In this document: positions 52,401 through 64,000 of the stretch, in pieces | Numbering within the stretch: the stretch's first letter is position 1 | Layout: each line of letters begins with the position of its first letter | Source: Eimeria praecox | Taxonomy: Eukaryota | DNA: 64,000 nucleotides | Direction: 5' to 3' | NCBI GenBank assembly: GCA_963920595.1 | Contig: OY986948.1 | Span: 2,170,001-2,234,000 of the forward strand | Notes under the pieces: generated by a model | What the model saw: only the letters and a program-made list of their open reading frames with translations | What the model was told of the DNA's origin: nothing | Databases searched by the model: none | Translations under genes and position numbers: made by a program

Positions 52401-55400
52401 CGTTTGATAGCAAACCCCCACGCTTTCGTCAAGCCAGCAGGCTGGCGCCGCCAGCACTGGAACAAACTACTGAAGCCAGTCTAACCAGCACCCCCTCAGT
52501 ATCATACGTAAAAAACACTAATCCAGCCTGTCTGACCGCCCCACCCAGCCTTACATCAACCCTTCAAAAGTAAAAAATAACCCACGATCAAATTCGCAAT
52601 ACGACACTCCCCACGCAATCCACAAAGATGCAGCACACACTAGTGATATATGCCGCTGCTCCCCTCCATGCAGCAGGCTCAATAGGAAAACATCAATTGA
52701 CTCATAAACTCAACTCCGGCCATGGCAAACCCAACATACCAACCACTAACATGCACTCATTAGCAATTAAAAACCTATCCGTTAAACCTAAACTCCCCAT
52801 GCATCCCAATATCAACCCCGAACGAGATGGGCCAGCCACCGCGATCCTCATCACGCAGCCCAACACAGCGCATCCAACGCACTCCACAAAGATCCAACAT
52901 GCATAGACAATGCATTGCACTTCTCTAACCAGCAGAGTCGCAACCCCCAAATCTACCAAAACACATAACTCTGCTCAGCCAAAGAACAGACCAGAACGCA
53001 CGTCCTGTGGCCCAACACTCAATCTCGAACAGCGAAATCCTGTAGAATCAAACCATCTAGCGTGTCTACATGCAATATTCATTCCAACACACAATCCATA
53101 GAATACGCAACGGGCACCAAACGCAGGTCTCCTCAAATATGCTGTACAAAGCAATAAGCGTACTCAAAGCACAAACACAGCGGCTTCGGGATCGCACTCT
53201 GTTCATATATGCTGCATTGTCAGGGCGCCAAGCAATAGCGCAACCGCCCCACCCACCCAACTAAAGCACTGAAGCCTGCAAGCATCTGCCTACAGCATGG
53301 AGTCCCTATATATTAAAATTGCATCGCCCGTGCAGTACGCCCTATAGTGCACAGCAATATTCGTAGGTTATACGCACCAAACATGTCTCACCGCGTGATG
53401 CAGCGGTTCATTCTCCTACCCACATTCCATACGAAAGTAAGCGCGTCCCACAAAAAAAACGTTAGGGGATGCCCACCCACAGTGCACCCAACCCCCGGCC
53501 ATAAGCACGTGAAGGGCCTCATCCGCATACAGCTGTGATCTCCTCCAAATCATCAGATTCGTCAGACAGCCCAACAGACCCCATCAAACGTACTCCGCAA
53601 AGACCCAACATATACTGTCAATGCACTGCACTTCTCTAACAAGCACACTCGCAACCCTAAGATCTACCAGGTCATATAACTCAGCTCAAGCAAAGATCAC
53701 ACCAGAACACAAGCTCTGCGGGCCAGCACTCAATCTCAACGGGCACCAAACGCAGGTCTCCTCAAATGCGTTGTACAAAGAAATAAGCATACTCAAAGCA
53801 CATACCGCGGCCTCGGCATTGGACTTCATTCACGTATGCACCAAAGTCACAGCGCCAACCACTAGCAAAACCGACGAACAAGCCCTAAACCCAAAACCCT
53901 CCAAACCTCTGCGCAGGACACAATATATAGGCAGTGCATGTTCTCTGCAATGCACCCTCTACAGCAATATTCGTTTAGCTCATACGCACCAAGCATGTCT
54001 AACCGCCTGATACTGTGGTTAAGTCTACTATACGCATTTTACAAGATAGTAAACGCGCACAAGGAAAAACAGTTCGCGGATGTCCACGCACAGTGCACCC
54101 AAACCCACCCTACAAACACGTGAAGAACCTGATTCGCAAACGCCAATGCTCGCCTCCAATAACCAGTGTCCCAACTGCAACCAACTGCAACTTTACCAAA
54201 CCTTCGCACTCAAATACGCCTACCGCCGAACCACAGGGAAACCTCTAAAACGCACTTCCTACGAATCCCACCGTATACAAACCTGCAACATATTCCAATG
54301 TCCTTCAATAATACGCATAGCGTAAACCAAGTAAACGCACACAAGGAAAAACAGTTCGCGGATGTCCACGCGCAGTGCACCCAAACCCGCCCTACAAACA
54401 CGTGAAGAACCTGATTCTCAAACGCCAATGCTCGCCTCCAAGCACCAGTGTCCCAACTGCAACTTTACCAAACCTTCGCACTCAAATACGCCTACCGCCG
54501 AGCCACAGGGAAACCTCTAAAACGCACTTCCTACGAATCCCACCGTATACAAACCTGCAACATATTCCAATGTCCTTCAATAATACGCATAGCGTAAACC
54601 AAGTAAACGCACACAAGGAAAGACAGTTCGCGGATGTCCACGCGCAGTGCACCCAAACCCGCCCTACAAACACGTGAAGAACCTGATTCGCAAATGCCAA
54701 TGCTCGCCTCCAAGCACCAGTGTCCCAACTGCAACTTTACCAAGCCTTCGCACTCAAATACGCCTACCGCCGAACCACAGGGAAACCTCTAAAACGCACT
54801 TCCTACGAATCCCACCGTATACAAACCTGCAACATATTCCAATGTCCTTCAATAATACGCATAGCGTAAACCAAGTAAACGCACACAAGGAAAAACAGTT
54901 CGCGGATGTACACGCGCAGTGCACCCAAACCCGCCCTACAAACACGTGAAGAACCTGATTCTCAAACGCCAATGCTCGCCTCCAAGCACCAGTGTCCCAA
55001 CTGCAACTTTACCAAACCTTCGCACTCAAATACGCCTACCGCCGAGCCACAGGGAAACCTCTAAAACGCACTTCCTACGAATCCCACCGTATACAAACCT
55101 GCAACATATTCCAATGTCCTTCAATAATACGCATAGCGTAAACCAAGTAAACGCACACAAGGAAAGACAGTTCGCGGATGTCCACGCGCAGTGCACCTAA
55201 ACCCGCCCTACAAACACGTGAAGAACCTGATTCGCAAATGCCAATGCTCGCCTCCAAGCACCAGTGTCCCAACTGCAACTTTACCAAGCCTTCGCACTCA
55301 AATACGCCTACCGCCGAACCACAGGGAAACCTCTAAAACGCACTTCCTACGAATCCCACCGTATACAAACCTGCAACATATTCCAATGTCCTTCAATAAT

Positions 55401-58400
55401 ACGCATAGCGTAAACCAGCAGGTTGCCTCCCAGACACACCAACACAGCGCTGCCCATTCACCGCAACAACAAACCGCGCTTCAGCCAACTCCGCCACTGA
55501 CGACTCCACAGCCCATAGACCACTAAATGCACAGCCTACAAATTAAATACACCAAAATAACTAATCGGCAAATTTACCCCTAAGTCCATCATACACAAAA
55601 TATATAACCCTCAATACAGGACTGCTTGTCAAACGCCCCATCATAGCACATCCCGCCAAGCAAGCAAACACGAAAAAAACCGCACTTAGCACTTAGCACT
55701 TAGCAAAGTCCTATCCTCCAGCCGGCACAGTCAAGTCGCCTAAATTAGCAAGCATCCGCACTCAAATCCTCCACACCACTCCGACACTCAAACATTAACA
55801 CGCACTTTCTGCAAATCAGGAGCGCACCGAACGTTGAACGGAATTCAATCTAACGATCACCCCCTCAGCAACATGCGTAAAAAACACTCATCCAGCATGT
55901 CTAACTGCCACACTCACCCTGGCATCAACCCTTCACAAGATAAGTGATGGACGAGAGAAAAGTAGCCTAGCATCGAATTCGCAATACGACACGCCCCACG
56001 TAATCCACAAAGATGCAGCACATCCTATTGATATATGCCGCTGCTTCCCTCAATGCAGCAGGGTCAATAGGAAAACACTTGTTCAGTCCCGCGCTCAGCT
56101 CCCGCTCTCGCGAAACCACGTCCAACAAACCAGCCAATAATATGCACTCCTTAGCAATTAAAAACCTATCGGTTAAACCTAACGTCGTTGGGGAGGTGGA
56201 TATTAGGGTGCATGGGGAGATGTGCCAGCCACCGTGATCCTTGTCAAGCAGGCCAACACAGCGCATCCAACGCACTCCACAAAGATCCAGCATGTATCCT
56301 CAATGCATTGCATTTCTCTAGCCAGCAGAGTCGCAACCCTAAAATCTGACAAAACACGTAACTCAGCTCAACCAAAAGAACAGACCAAAACGCACCTTCT
56401 GTGGCCCAACACTCAATCTCGAACAGGCAAATCCTGTAGAATCAAACCTATCTAGCGTGCCTAAATGCAATATTCTCTCCTACACAAACAAAACCATAAC
56501 ATATGCAACGCGAACCAAACGCAGGTCTCCTCAAATGCGTTGTACAAGGCAACAAGCGTACTCAAAGCACATACACTGCGACTTCCCCATTAGGCTTCGT
56601 TCATACATGGTGCATAGACACACAGCCAAGCAATACCAAAACCGCCCAGCAAGCAGAACTAAACCACTTCGCCTCCAAAGCGCTCTCTAGAATACGCACT
56701 CCCTATATATTAAAATCGCATAGCCCGTGCATTACGTCATCTAGCGCCCAGCAATATTCGTTTAGTTCATACGCACCAAACATGTCTAACCGCCAGATAC
56801 TGTGGTTAAGTCTACTATACGCATTTCACAAGATAGTAAACGCACACAAGGAAAAACAGTTCGCGGATGTCCACGCGCAGTGCACCCAAACCCACCCTAC
56901 AAACACGTGAAGAACCTGATTCGCAAACGCCAATGCTCGCCTCCAATCACCAGTGTCCCAACTGCAACTTTACCAAACCTTCGCACTCAAATACGCCTAC
57001 CGCCGAACCACAGGGAAACCTCTAAAACGCACTTCCTACGAATCCCACCGTATACAAACCTGCAACATATTCCAATGTCCTTCAATAATACGCATAGCGT
57101 AAACCAAGTAAACGCACACAAGGAAAAACAGTTCGCGGATGTACACGCGCAGTGCACCCAAACCCGCCCTACAAACACGTGAAGAACCTGATTCTCAAAC
57201 GCCAATGCTCGCCTCCAAGCACCAGTGTCCCAACTGCAACTTTACCAAACCTTCGCACTCAAATACGCCTACCGCCGAGCCACAGGGAAACCTCTAAAAC
57301 GCACTTCCTACGAATCCCACCGTATACAAACCTGCAACATATTCCAATGTCCTTCAATAATACGCATAGCGTAAACCAAGTAAACGCACACAAGGAAAGA
57401 CAGTTCGCGGATGTCCACGCGCAGTGCACCCAAACCCGCCCTACAAACACGTGAAGAACCTGATTCGCAAATGCCAATGCTCGCCTCCAAGCACCAGTGT
57501 CCCAACTGCAACTTTACCAAGCCTTCGCACTCAAATACGCCTACCGCCGAACCACAGGGAAACCTCTAAAACGCACTTCCTACGAATCCCACCGTATACA
57601 AACCTGCAACATATTCCAATGTCCTTCAATAATACGCATAGCGTAAACCAGCAGGTTGCCTCCCAGACACACCAACACAGCGCTGCCTATTCACCGCAAC
57701 AACAAACCGCGCTTCAGCCAACTCCGCCACTGACGACTCCACAACCCATAGACCACTAAATGCACAGCCTACAAATTAAATACACCAAAATACCTAATCG
57801 GCAAATTTACCCCTAAGTCCATCATACACAAAATATATAGCCCTCAATACAGGACTGCTTGTAAAACGCCCCATCGTAGCACATCCCGCCAAGCAGGCAA
57901 ACACGAACAAAACCGCACTTACCAAAGTCCTATCCTCCAGCCGGCACAGTCAAGTCGCCTAAATTAGCAAGCATCCCCACCCAAATCCAGACGCCCCCAA
58001 TCAAACGCTCCACCTGACACTCTAGCAGCCAAACCCACCTCCTACAAATTAAAAATACGAAAATAATAATTAACCGGCTCATTTATCCCTATACCCGCCA
58101 TACACAAAATATATAGCCCTCAATACACCACAATGCTTGTCAAACGCCCCACCATAGGGCATCCCATCGAAAAAAAGGGGGAAGTCGTATTCCCCTAAGG
58201 TACTCCTACCCTCCAGTCGGCACAGTCAAGTCGCCTACGTTAGCAAGCATCCGCACTCAAATCCTCCACACCACCCCGACACTCTAACATTAACACGCAC
58301 TTCCTACAAAACAGAAGCGCACCGAGCAGCTCTAAACGGAATTCACTCTAACGAGCACCCCCTCACCATCATACATATAAAAACACTCATCCAGCATGTC

Positions 58401-61400
58401 TAACGAGAAAAAATGACCCAGGATCAAAGTCGCAATACGACACTCCCCACGCAATCCACAAAGATGCAGCACAAACTAGTGATATATGCCGCTGCTCCCC
58501 TCCCCCCCCCCCTCCCCCCTGCAGCAGGCTCAATAGGAAAACATTAGTTGACTCATACACGCTACTCCCGCCCTGGCAAGTCCAGCATACCAACCCCTAA
58601 CATGCACTCATTAGCAATTAAAAACCTATCTGTTAAACCTAACCTCCCCATGCATCCCAATATCAACCCTCCGAACGAGATGGGCCAGCCACCGCGATCC
58701 TCGTCACGCAGCCCAACCCAGCGCATCCAACGCACTCCACAAAGATCCAACGTGCATCGACAATGCATTGCACTTCTCTAGCCAGCAGAGTCGATACCCC
58801 CAAATCTACCAAAACACATAACTCTGCTCAACCACAGAACAGACCAAAAGGCATGTCCTCTGGCCCAACACTCAATCTCGAACAGGCAAATCCTGTAGAA
58901 TCAAACCTATCTAGCGTGCCCAAATACAATATCCACCCCAACACAAACATTCCATAAAATACGCAACGGCAGCTCCCCTCAAATACGTCGTACAAGGCAA
59001 TAAGCGTACTCAAACCACATACGCAGCTGCTTCCCCATTACGCCTCGTTCATAAATGCTGCATTGTCACAGCGCCAAGCAATAACACAATCGCCCAGCCC
59101 ACCCAATTAAAACACTTAAGCCTGCAAAACACTGTATACAGCAACGCCAATCGTAAATAATCGGATAAAATATTCCAACCTCTACCATACACGAAGTAGA
59201 CAGCGACCACAAAGGCGATGTTTGCCAGGGAGCCCATCAAAGCTCACCCCACAATGCCAAAGAACATTGTCATAACTCCCTATCGGACTGTTCCTCTACA
59301 AGCAGCGGAGTCCCAACATCGACATTAGCAGACGCCCCCAATCAAACGATCCACCAACCGCCTGACACTCTAGTAGCCAAACCCACATCCTACAAATTAA
59401 AAATACGAAAATAATAATTAACCGGCTCATTTATCCCTATAGCCGCCATACACAAAATATATAGCCCTCAATACACCACAATGCTTGTCAAACGCCCCAC
59501 CATAGGGCAACCCATCGAAAAAAAGGGGGAAGTCGTATTCCCCTAAGGTACTCCTACCCTCCAGTCGGCACAGTCAAGTCGCCTACGTTAGCAAGCATCC
59601 GCACTCAAATCCTCCACACCACCCCGACACTCAAACGTCAACACGCACTTCCTACAAAACAGAAGCGCAACGAGCAGCTCCAAACGGAATTCAGTCTAAC
59701 AATCACCCACTCAGGATCACAGGAAGAAACACTCATCCAGCATCTCTACCCGCCCCACTCACCCTTACATCAACCGTTCACAAGATAAACAATGGACAAG
59801 AGAAAAAATGACCCAGGATCTAATTCGCAATACGACACTCCCCACGTAATCCATACGCATAAATCGTGAATACCAAAGGTCCACATCACCAAAATCTAAC
59901 GGCCCAAGTTGCACTACACAACTGCACAGATCACACCGCAGCTTCCAAAGCGCACTGTCTGAAAAGCAAAGGCGCCATCCCCAGAAAGTTAATTCAGGCA
60001 GCACGCCTACACAGTTCACTTTCTCGGCATCCATCCCCCCAAAATTGCCAGTGGACACCCAATATCGCCATGCTGTATTAACATGTACAGCACATCTCCG
60101 CTATACTGCTATATTAACATATACAGCACATCTCCGTACACCTTAAGTGCACTAAATCTCTCCTCGCACCGCAGGGTCCATGGGGCTTTCCCTCAACTAT
60201 GGTACGTACAACCTGTTGTGCTATAGCTTCAATCCATATTCCTCGATACAGCCCAGACTTGATATCCACAGATGCTTAATGCAACACCCAATGCTCTAAA
60301 CCATCTGTGATGCCCCCTAGCGTACCCGCACACAGCCGAATTTCCAAACACCTCACATACCCACTGCATATCAAACGTGTACAGCCGCTCTTAACTCTGA
60401 TCATGAAAGCATTTCCTCCGACACGCGCTCTCTACAAATCACGAGCGCACCGAGCATCTATAACCGAAAGCCACTCTAACGATCACCCCCTCAGCAAAAT
60501 ACGTAAAAAACACTCATCCAGCATCTCTAACCACCCCACTCACCCTTACATCAAGCCTTCATAAGGCAAACAACGGACAAAACCAAATTCGCAATACGAC
60601 ACTCCCCACGCAATCCACAAAGATGCAGCACATACTAATGACATATACCGCTGCTTCCCCTCCCCATGCAGCAGGCTCAATAGGAAAACATTGGTTGCCC
60701 CATACATTCTACTCCCGCCCTGGCAAGGCCAACAAGCCAACCCCCCACATGCACTCATTAGCAATTAAAAACCTATCCGTTAAACCTAACCTCCCCATGC
60801 ATCCCAATATCAACCCTCCGAACGAGATGGGCCAGCCACCGCGATCCTCGTCACGCAGCGCATCCAACGCACTCCACAAAGATCCAACATGCATAGAGAA
60901 TGCATTGCACTTCTCTAGCCAGCAGAGTCGCAACCCCCAAATCTACCAAAACACATAACTCAGCTCAACCAAAGAACAGACCAGAACGCACGTCCTGTGG
61001 CCCAACACTCAATCTCGAACAGGCAAATCCTGTAGAAACAAACCTATCCAGCGTGCCCAAATACAATATCCACCCCAACACAAACATTCCATAAAATACG
61101 CAACGGGAACCACAATCAGCTCCCCTCACATACGTTGTACAAAGCAATAAGCGTACTCAAAGCACATACACAGCTGCTTCCCCATTACGCCTCGTCCATA
61201 AATGCTGCATTGTCACAGCGCCAAGCAATAACACAATCGCCCCGCCCACCCAATCAAAACACTTAAACCTGCAAAATTCTGTATACAGCAACGCCAATCG
61301 TAAGCAATGGGACAAAATATGCCAACCTCTATCATACACAAAGTAGATAGAGACCACAAAAGCGTTGTTTGCCAGAGACCCCATCAAAGCTCACCCCACA

Positions 61401-63800
61401 ATGCAGAAGAACATTAAGAATGTCATAACTCCCTATCGGACTGCTCCTCTACAAGCAGCGGAGTCCCAACATGGACATTAGCAGACGCCCCCAACCAAAC
61501 GATCCACCAACCGCCTGACGCTCTAGTAGCCAAACCCACATCCTACAAATTAAAAATACGAAAATAATAATTAACCGGATCATTTACCCCTATGCCCATC
61601 ATACACAAAATATATAAACCTGAATACAGGACTGCTTGTCAAACACCCCATCACAGTGCATCCCATCGAAAAAAAAGAAGCCGCATTCCCCTAAAGTATT
61701 GCTATCCTCCAGCCGGCACAGTCACGTCGCCTCACGCTAACAAGCATCCGCACCCAAAACCTCCACACAACTCCGCCAATCAACCTTTAACACGCACTTC
61801 CTACAAATCACACGCGCACCGAGCACCTCTAGACGGAATTCAGTCCAACAATCACCCCCTCATCATCATACGCAAAAAACACTCATCGAGCAGGCCAAAA
61901 CCCCCACACTCTCCCTTGACGCCAACCCCCCCACAAGATAAACAATGGACAAGAGAAAAAATGACCCAGGATCTAATTCGCAATACGTCACTCCCCACGT
62001 AATCCATACGCATAAATCGTGAATACCAAAGGTCCCCAACACCAAAATCTAACAGCCCAAGTTGCACTACACAACTGCACAGATAACACCGCGGCTTCCA
62101 AAGCGCACTGGCTGAAAAGCAAAGGCGCCATCCCCAGGAAGTTAATTCATGAAGCAAGCCTAGATAGTTCACTTTCTCGGCATCCATCCCCACACGCTTG
62201 CCAGTGGACACCCAATATCGGCATGCTATATTAGCATATACAGCACATCTCCGTACACCTTAAGTGCACTAAATCTTTCCTCGCACCGCAGGGGGCATGG
62301 GCATACTCCCTAGCTGCGTGACGCACGTTCTGTTGTCCTATAGCTTCAATCCATATTCCTCGATACAGCCCAGACTTGATCTCCACAGATGCTTAATGCA
62401 ACACCCAATGCTCTAAACCATCTGTGATGTTCCTAGCGTGCCCGCACACAGCCGAATTTCCAAACACCTCACATGCCCAGACTTGTTTTCCACAGATGCT
62501 TAATGCAACACCCAATGCTCTAAACCATCTGTGATGTTCCTAGCGTGCCCGCACACAGCCGAATTTCCAAGCACCTCACATGCCCGCTGCATATCAAACG
62601 TGTGCAGCCGCTCTTAACTCTGACCACGGACGCATTCCCTCTAACACGGGCTCCCCAGAAATGACGAGCACACCGAGCATCTATAACGGGAATCCAGTCC
62701 AACGTTCACCCCTTCAGCAACCTACGTAAAAAACACTCATCCAGCATCTCTAACCGCCCCACTGACCCTGGCATCCACCCTTCACAAGATAAACAACCTA
62801 CGAGACAAAAAATGACCCAGGATCAAAGTCGCAATACGACACTCTCCACGCAATCCACAAAGATGCAGCACATACTAGTCATATATGCCACTGCTCCCCT
62901 CCTCCCCCTCCCCCCATGCAGCAGGCTCAATAGGAAAACATCAGTTGGATCATACACTCTACTCCCGCCCTGGCAAGGCCAACATACCAACCCCTAACAT
63001 GCACTCATTAGCAATTAAAAACCTATCCGTTAAACCTAACCTCCCCATGCATCCCAATATTAACCCCGAACGAGATGGGCCAGCCACCGTGATCCTCATC
63101 AAGCAGCCCGACACAGCGCATCCAACGCACTCCACAAAGATCCAACGTGCATCGACAATGCATTGCACGTCTCTAACCAGCAGAGTCGCTACCCCCAAAT
63201 CTACCAAAACACATAACTCTGCTCAACCAAAGAACAGACCAAAACGCACGTCCTGTGGCCCAACACTCAATCTCGAACAGCGAAATCCTGTAGAATCGAA
63301 CCTATATAGCGTGCCCAAATACAATATCCACCCCAACACAAACATTCCATAAAATACGCAACGGGAACCACAATCAGCTCCCCTCAAATACGTCGTACAA
63401 GGCAATAAGCGTACTCAAAGCACATACACAGCTGCTTCTCCATTACAATTCGTTCATAAATGCTGCATTGTCACAGCGCCAAGCAATAACACAATCGCCC
63501 AGCCCACCCAATCAAAACACTTAAACCTGCAAAATTCTGTATACAGCAACGCCAATCGTAAGCAATGGGACAAAATATGCCAACCTCTATCATACACAAA
63601 GTAGATAGAGACCACAAAAGCGTTGTTTGCCAGAGAACCCATCAAAGCTCACCCCACAATGCAGAAGAACATTAAGAATGTCATAACTCCCTATCGGACT
63701 GTTCCTCTACAAGCAGCGGAAACCCAACACCGACATTAGCAGACGCCCCCAACCAAACGATCCACCAATGACCTGACACTCTAGCAGCCAAACCCACTCC
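175..63800 (-). CDS. Putative giant micro-exon gene (partial, likely open at both window ends) built of about 200 three-nucleotide, one-codon exons; product unknown
   Basis: Minus-strand motif YAG|NNN|GTRNG recurs along the whole window. No triplet in a GTRNG-donor cassette is a stop codon, and the phase-0 concatenation is protein-like. It could be more than one gene; no transcript evidence is available. Confidence 0.75.
17933..52260 (-). CDS. About 117 candidate 3-nt exons in non-repetitive introns. Approximate phase-0 reading: DGALGPQRDDRKNCSVQTGGVQARDSYTTEGLPAVFHSDGERSVDVGDPGNVALRGYDKCQAADAYNKAGGELAAAAAAGVLAKIHVEDPKGYLWLQGRDATRKKKEQRRDKDAVDR
   Basis: Manual scan for plus-strand CNYAC-NNN-CTR. 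Examples: 18119 GAT, 19277 GAC, 20538 AGA, 21344 GAA, 21516/21752/22173 AAA, 22901 GAT, 23926 TGG, 24411 CTA, 24909 GGA, 27629 AAA, 28141 GTG, 29220 GCA, 31778 GCA, 33913 GCG, 34877 AAA, 35018 GAT, 37449 GAT, 37631 GGA, 38496 GAA, 39010 GGC, 41091 TTA, 42375 ACA, 43925 AGA, 45147 GGA, 45436 ACA, 48106 GAT, 49401 CAA, 49609 CCA, 50472 GCA. The list certainly contains some false positives and misses some exons. Confidence 0.65.
29041..29126. repeat. Short direct duplication (~27 bp x2)
   Basis: taggtgtacgaactctagttgtactct at 29041 and taggtgcacgaactctagttgtactct at 29100. Confidence 0.8.
34381..34426. repeat. (GT)23 microsatellite
   Basis: Perfect dinucleotide run seen directly. Confidence 0.98.
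34782..34852. other. Imperfect palindrome / hairpin of about 71 nt
   Basis: gatacaataggccagctgc pairs with gcagctggcctattgtgtc (1 mismatch) around a perfect central palindrome cccagttg|caactggg. Confidence 0.9.
41360..41852. repeat. Two diverged copies of a ~65-bp segment (~41360-41427 and ~41786-41852)
   Basis: cacaccaggggctacaacacctgatatccg...ccaccagtctggtgctatactttccag versus cacaccaggggctacaatacctgatatccg...ccaccagtctagtgcaatactttacag. Confidence 0.8.
45798..45828. repeat. Imperfect (GT)n microsatellite
   Basis: gtgtgtgtatgtgtgtgagtgtgtgtgtgt. Confidence 0.85.
49900..50235. repeat. Outlying copy of a module also found at ~60030-60420 and ~62180-62640
   Basis: Shared sequence: ccagtgg...catgctatattagcatatacagcacatctcc...caccgcagggtccatggggctttccc...caatccatattcctcgata...gcttaatgcaacacccaatgctc. 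Confidence 0.85.
53002..63800 (-). CDS. About 25 candidate 3-nt exons inside the right-hand repeats, mostly Glu/Asp codons (acidic segment)
   Basis: 63798 GGA, 63250 GAC, 62327 AAC, 61798 GAA, 61540 GAT, 60992 GAC, 60210 GTT, 59649 GAA, 59387 GAT, 58301 GAA, 58039 GAG, 57766 GCT, 57577/57305/57033 GAA, 56700 GGA, 56396 AAG, 55806 AAA, 55533 GCT, 55344/55072/54800/54528/54256 GAA, 53002 GAC. Many use TAG acceptors, and spacing is sparser than elsewhere. Confidence 0.5.
54048..55417. repeat. Five near-identical tandem copies of a 272-bp unit
   Basis: aaacgcacttcctacgaatcccaccgtatacaaacctgcaac recurs at an exact 272-bp period (triplets at 54256, 54528, 54800, 55072, 55344). Confidence 0.95.
56835..57650. 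repeat. Three more copies of the 272-bp unit, part of a segmental duplication offset 2233 bp from the first array
   Basis: Same unit at 57033, 57305 and 57577. ORF-track peptides match at 54754/56987 and nearly so at 55191/57424. Confidence 0.93.
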
Positions 63801-64000
63801 CTACAAATTAAAAATACGAAAATAATAATTGACCGGGCTCACTGATCCCTATAGCCGCCATACACAAAATATATAGCCCTCAATACACCACAATGCTTGT
63901 CAAACGCCCCACCATAGTGAATCCAATCGAAAAAAAGAAGCCGCATTGCCCTGAAGTACCCCTATCCTCCAGCCGGCACAGTCAAGTCGCCTCACGCTAA

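Larger units (their letters stand above)
52480..64000. repeat. Mosaic of diverged segmental duplications (1.3-2.3 kb blocks), strongly A/C-rich on the plus strand
   Basis: The module atgcactcattagcaattaaaaacctatccgttaaacctaac occurs near 52750, 56140, 58600, 60750 and 63000. Block offsets are 1348 (58039/59387), 2153 (59387/61540) and 2258 (60992/63250). Confidence 0.92.

Noticed and set aside
52630..62880. Extra cassettes agcac-NNN-cta (TGT, GAT, TTT, TAT, TAT) in the repeated module
   Set aside because: The donor GTGCT is weaker than the GTRNG used elsewhere, so I left them out of the model for lack of support.
52480..64000. Transposable element or LTR interpretation of the right-hand repeats
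   Set aside because: No terminal repeats and no transposase or reverse-transcriptase coding were seen; the pattern fits local tandem and segmental duplication.

Overview
Eukaryotic genomic DNA with no credible long ORF: the six-frame ORFs are by-products of repeats and intron sequence. At first sight the window is a ~270-bp satellite array (1-17.7 kb), a unique middle (17.7-52 kb) and a mosaic of segmental repeats (52-64 kb). Read on the minus strand, all three parts carry the same cassette at roughly 150-400 bp spacing: splice acceptor YAG + exactly 3 nt + splice donor GTRNG (plus-strand CNYAC-NNN-CTR). Each of the 66 satellite monomers holds exactly one cassette, with invariant AG/GT and a hypervariable triplet. 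About 117 more were found by eye in the unique middle and about 25 in the right-hand repeats. Joined in phase 0 the triplets give a stop-free, protein-like sequence; the array part reads RGLPRVVAGIGELPPEGGIRGAVGRAVEAVTGAVGKLGLGKKDTGKKDTGARPKDTGKKDTGARPK. The best interpretation is one (possibly more) giant minus-strand micro-exon gene in which nearly every exon is a single codon, growing by tandem duplication of intron+codon units. Start and stop codons were not located, and the gene probably runs past both window edges. Splicing is inferred from sequence only. The organism is unidentified; TGCATGCA-rich introns and GTGCG/GTAAG...TGCAG sites would fit a coccidian apicomplexan or a green alga.
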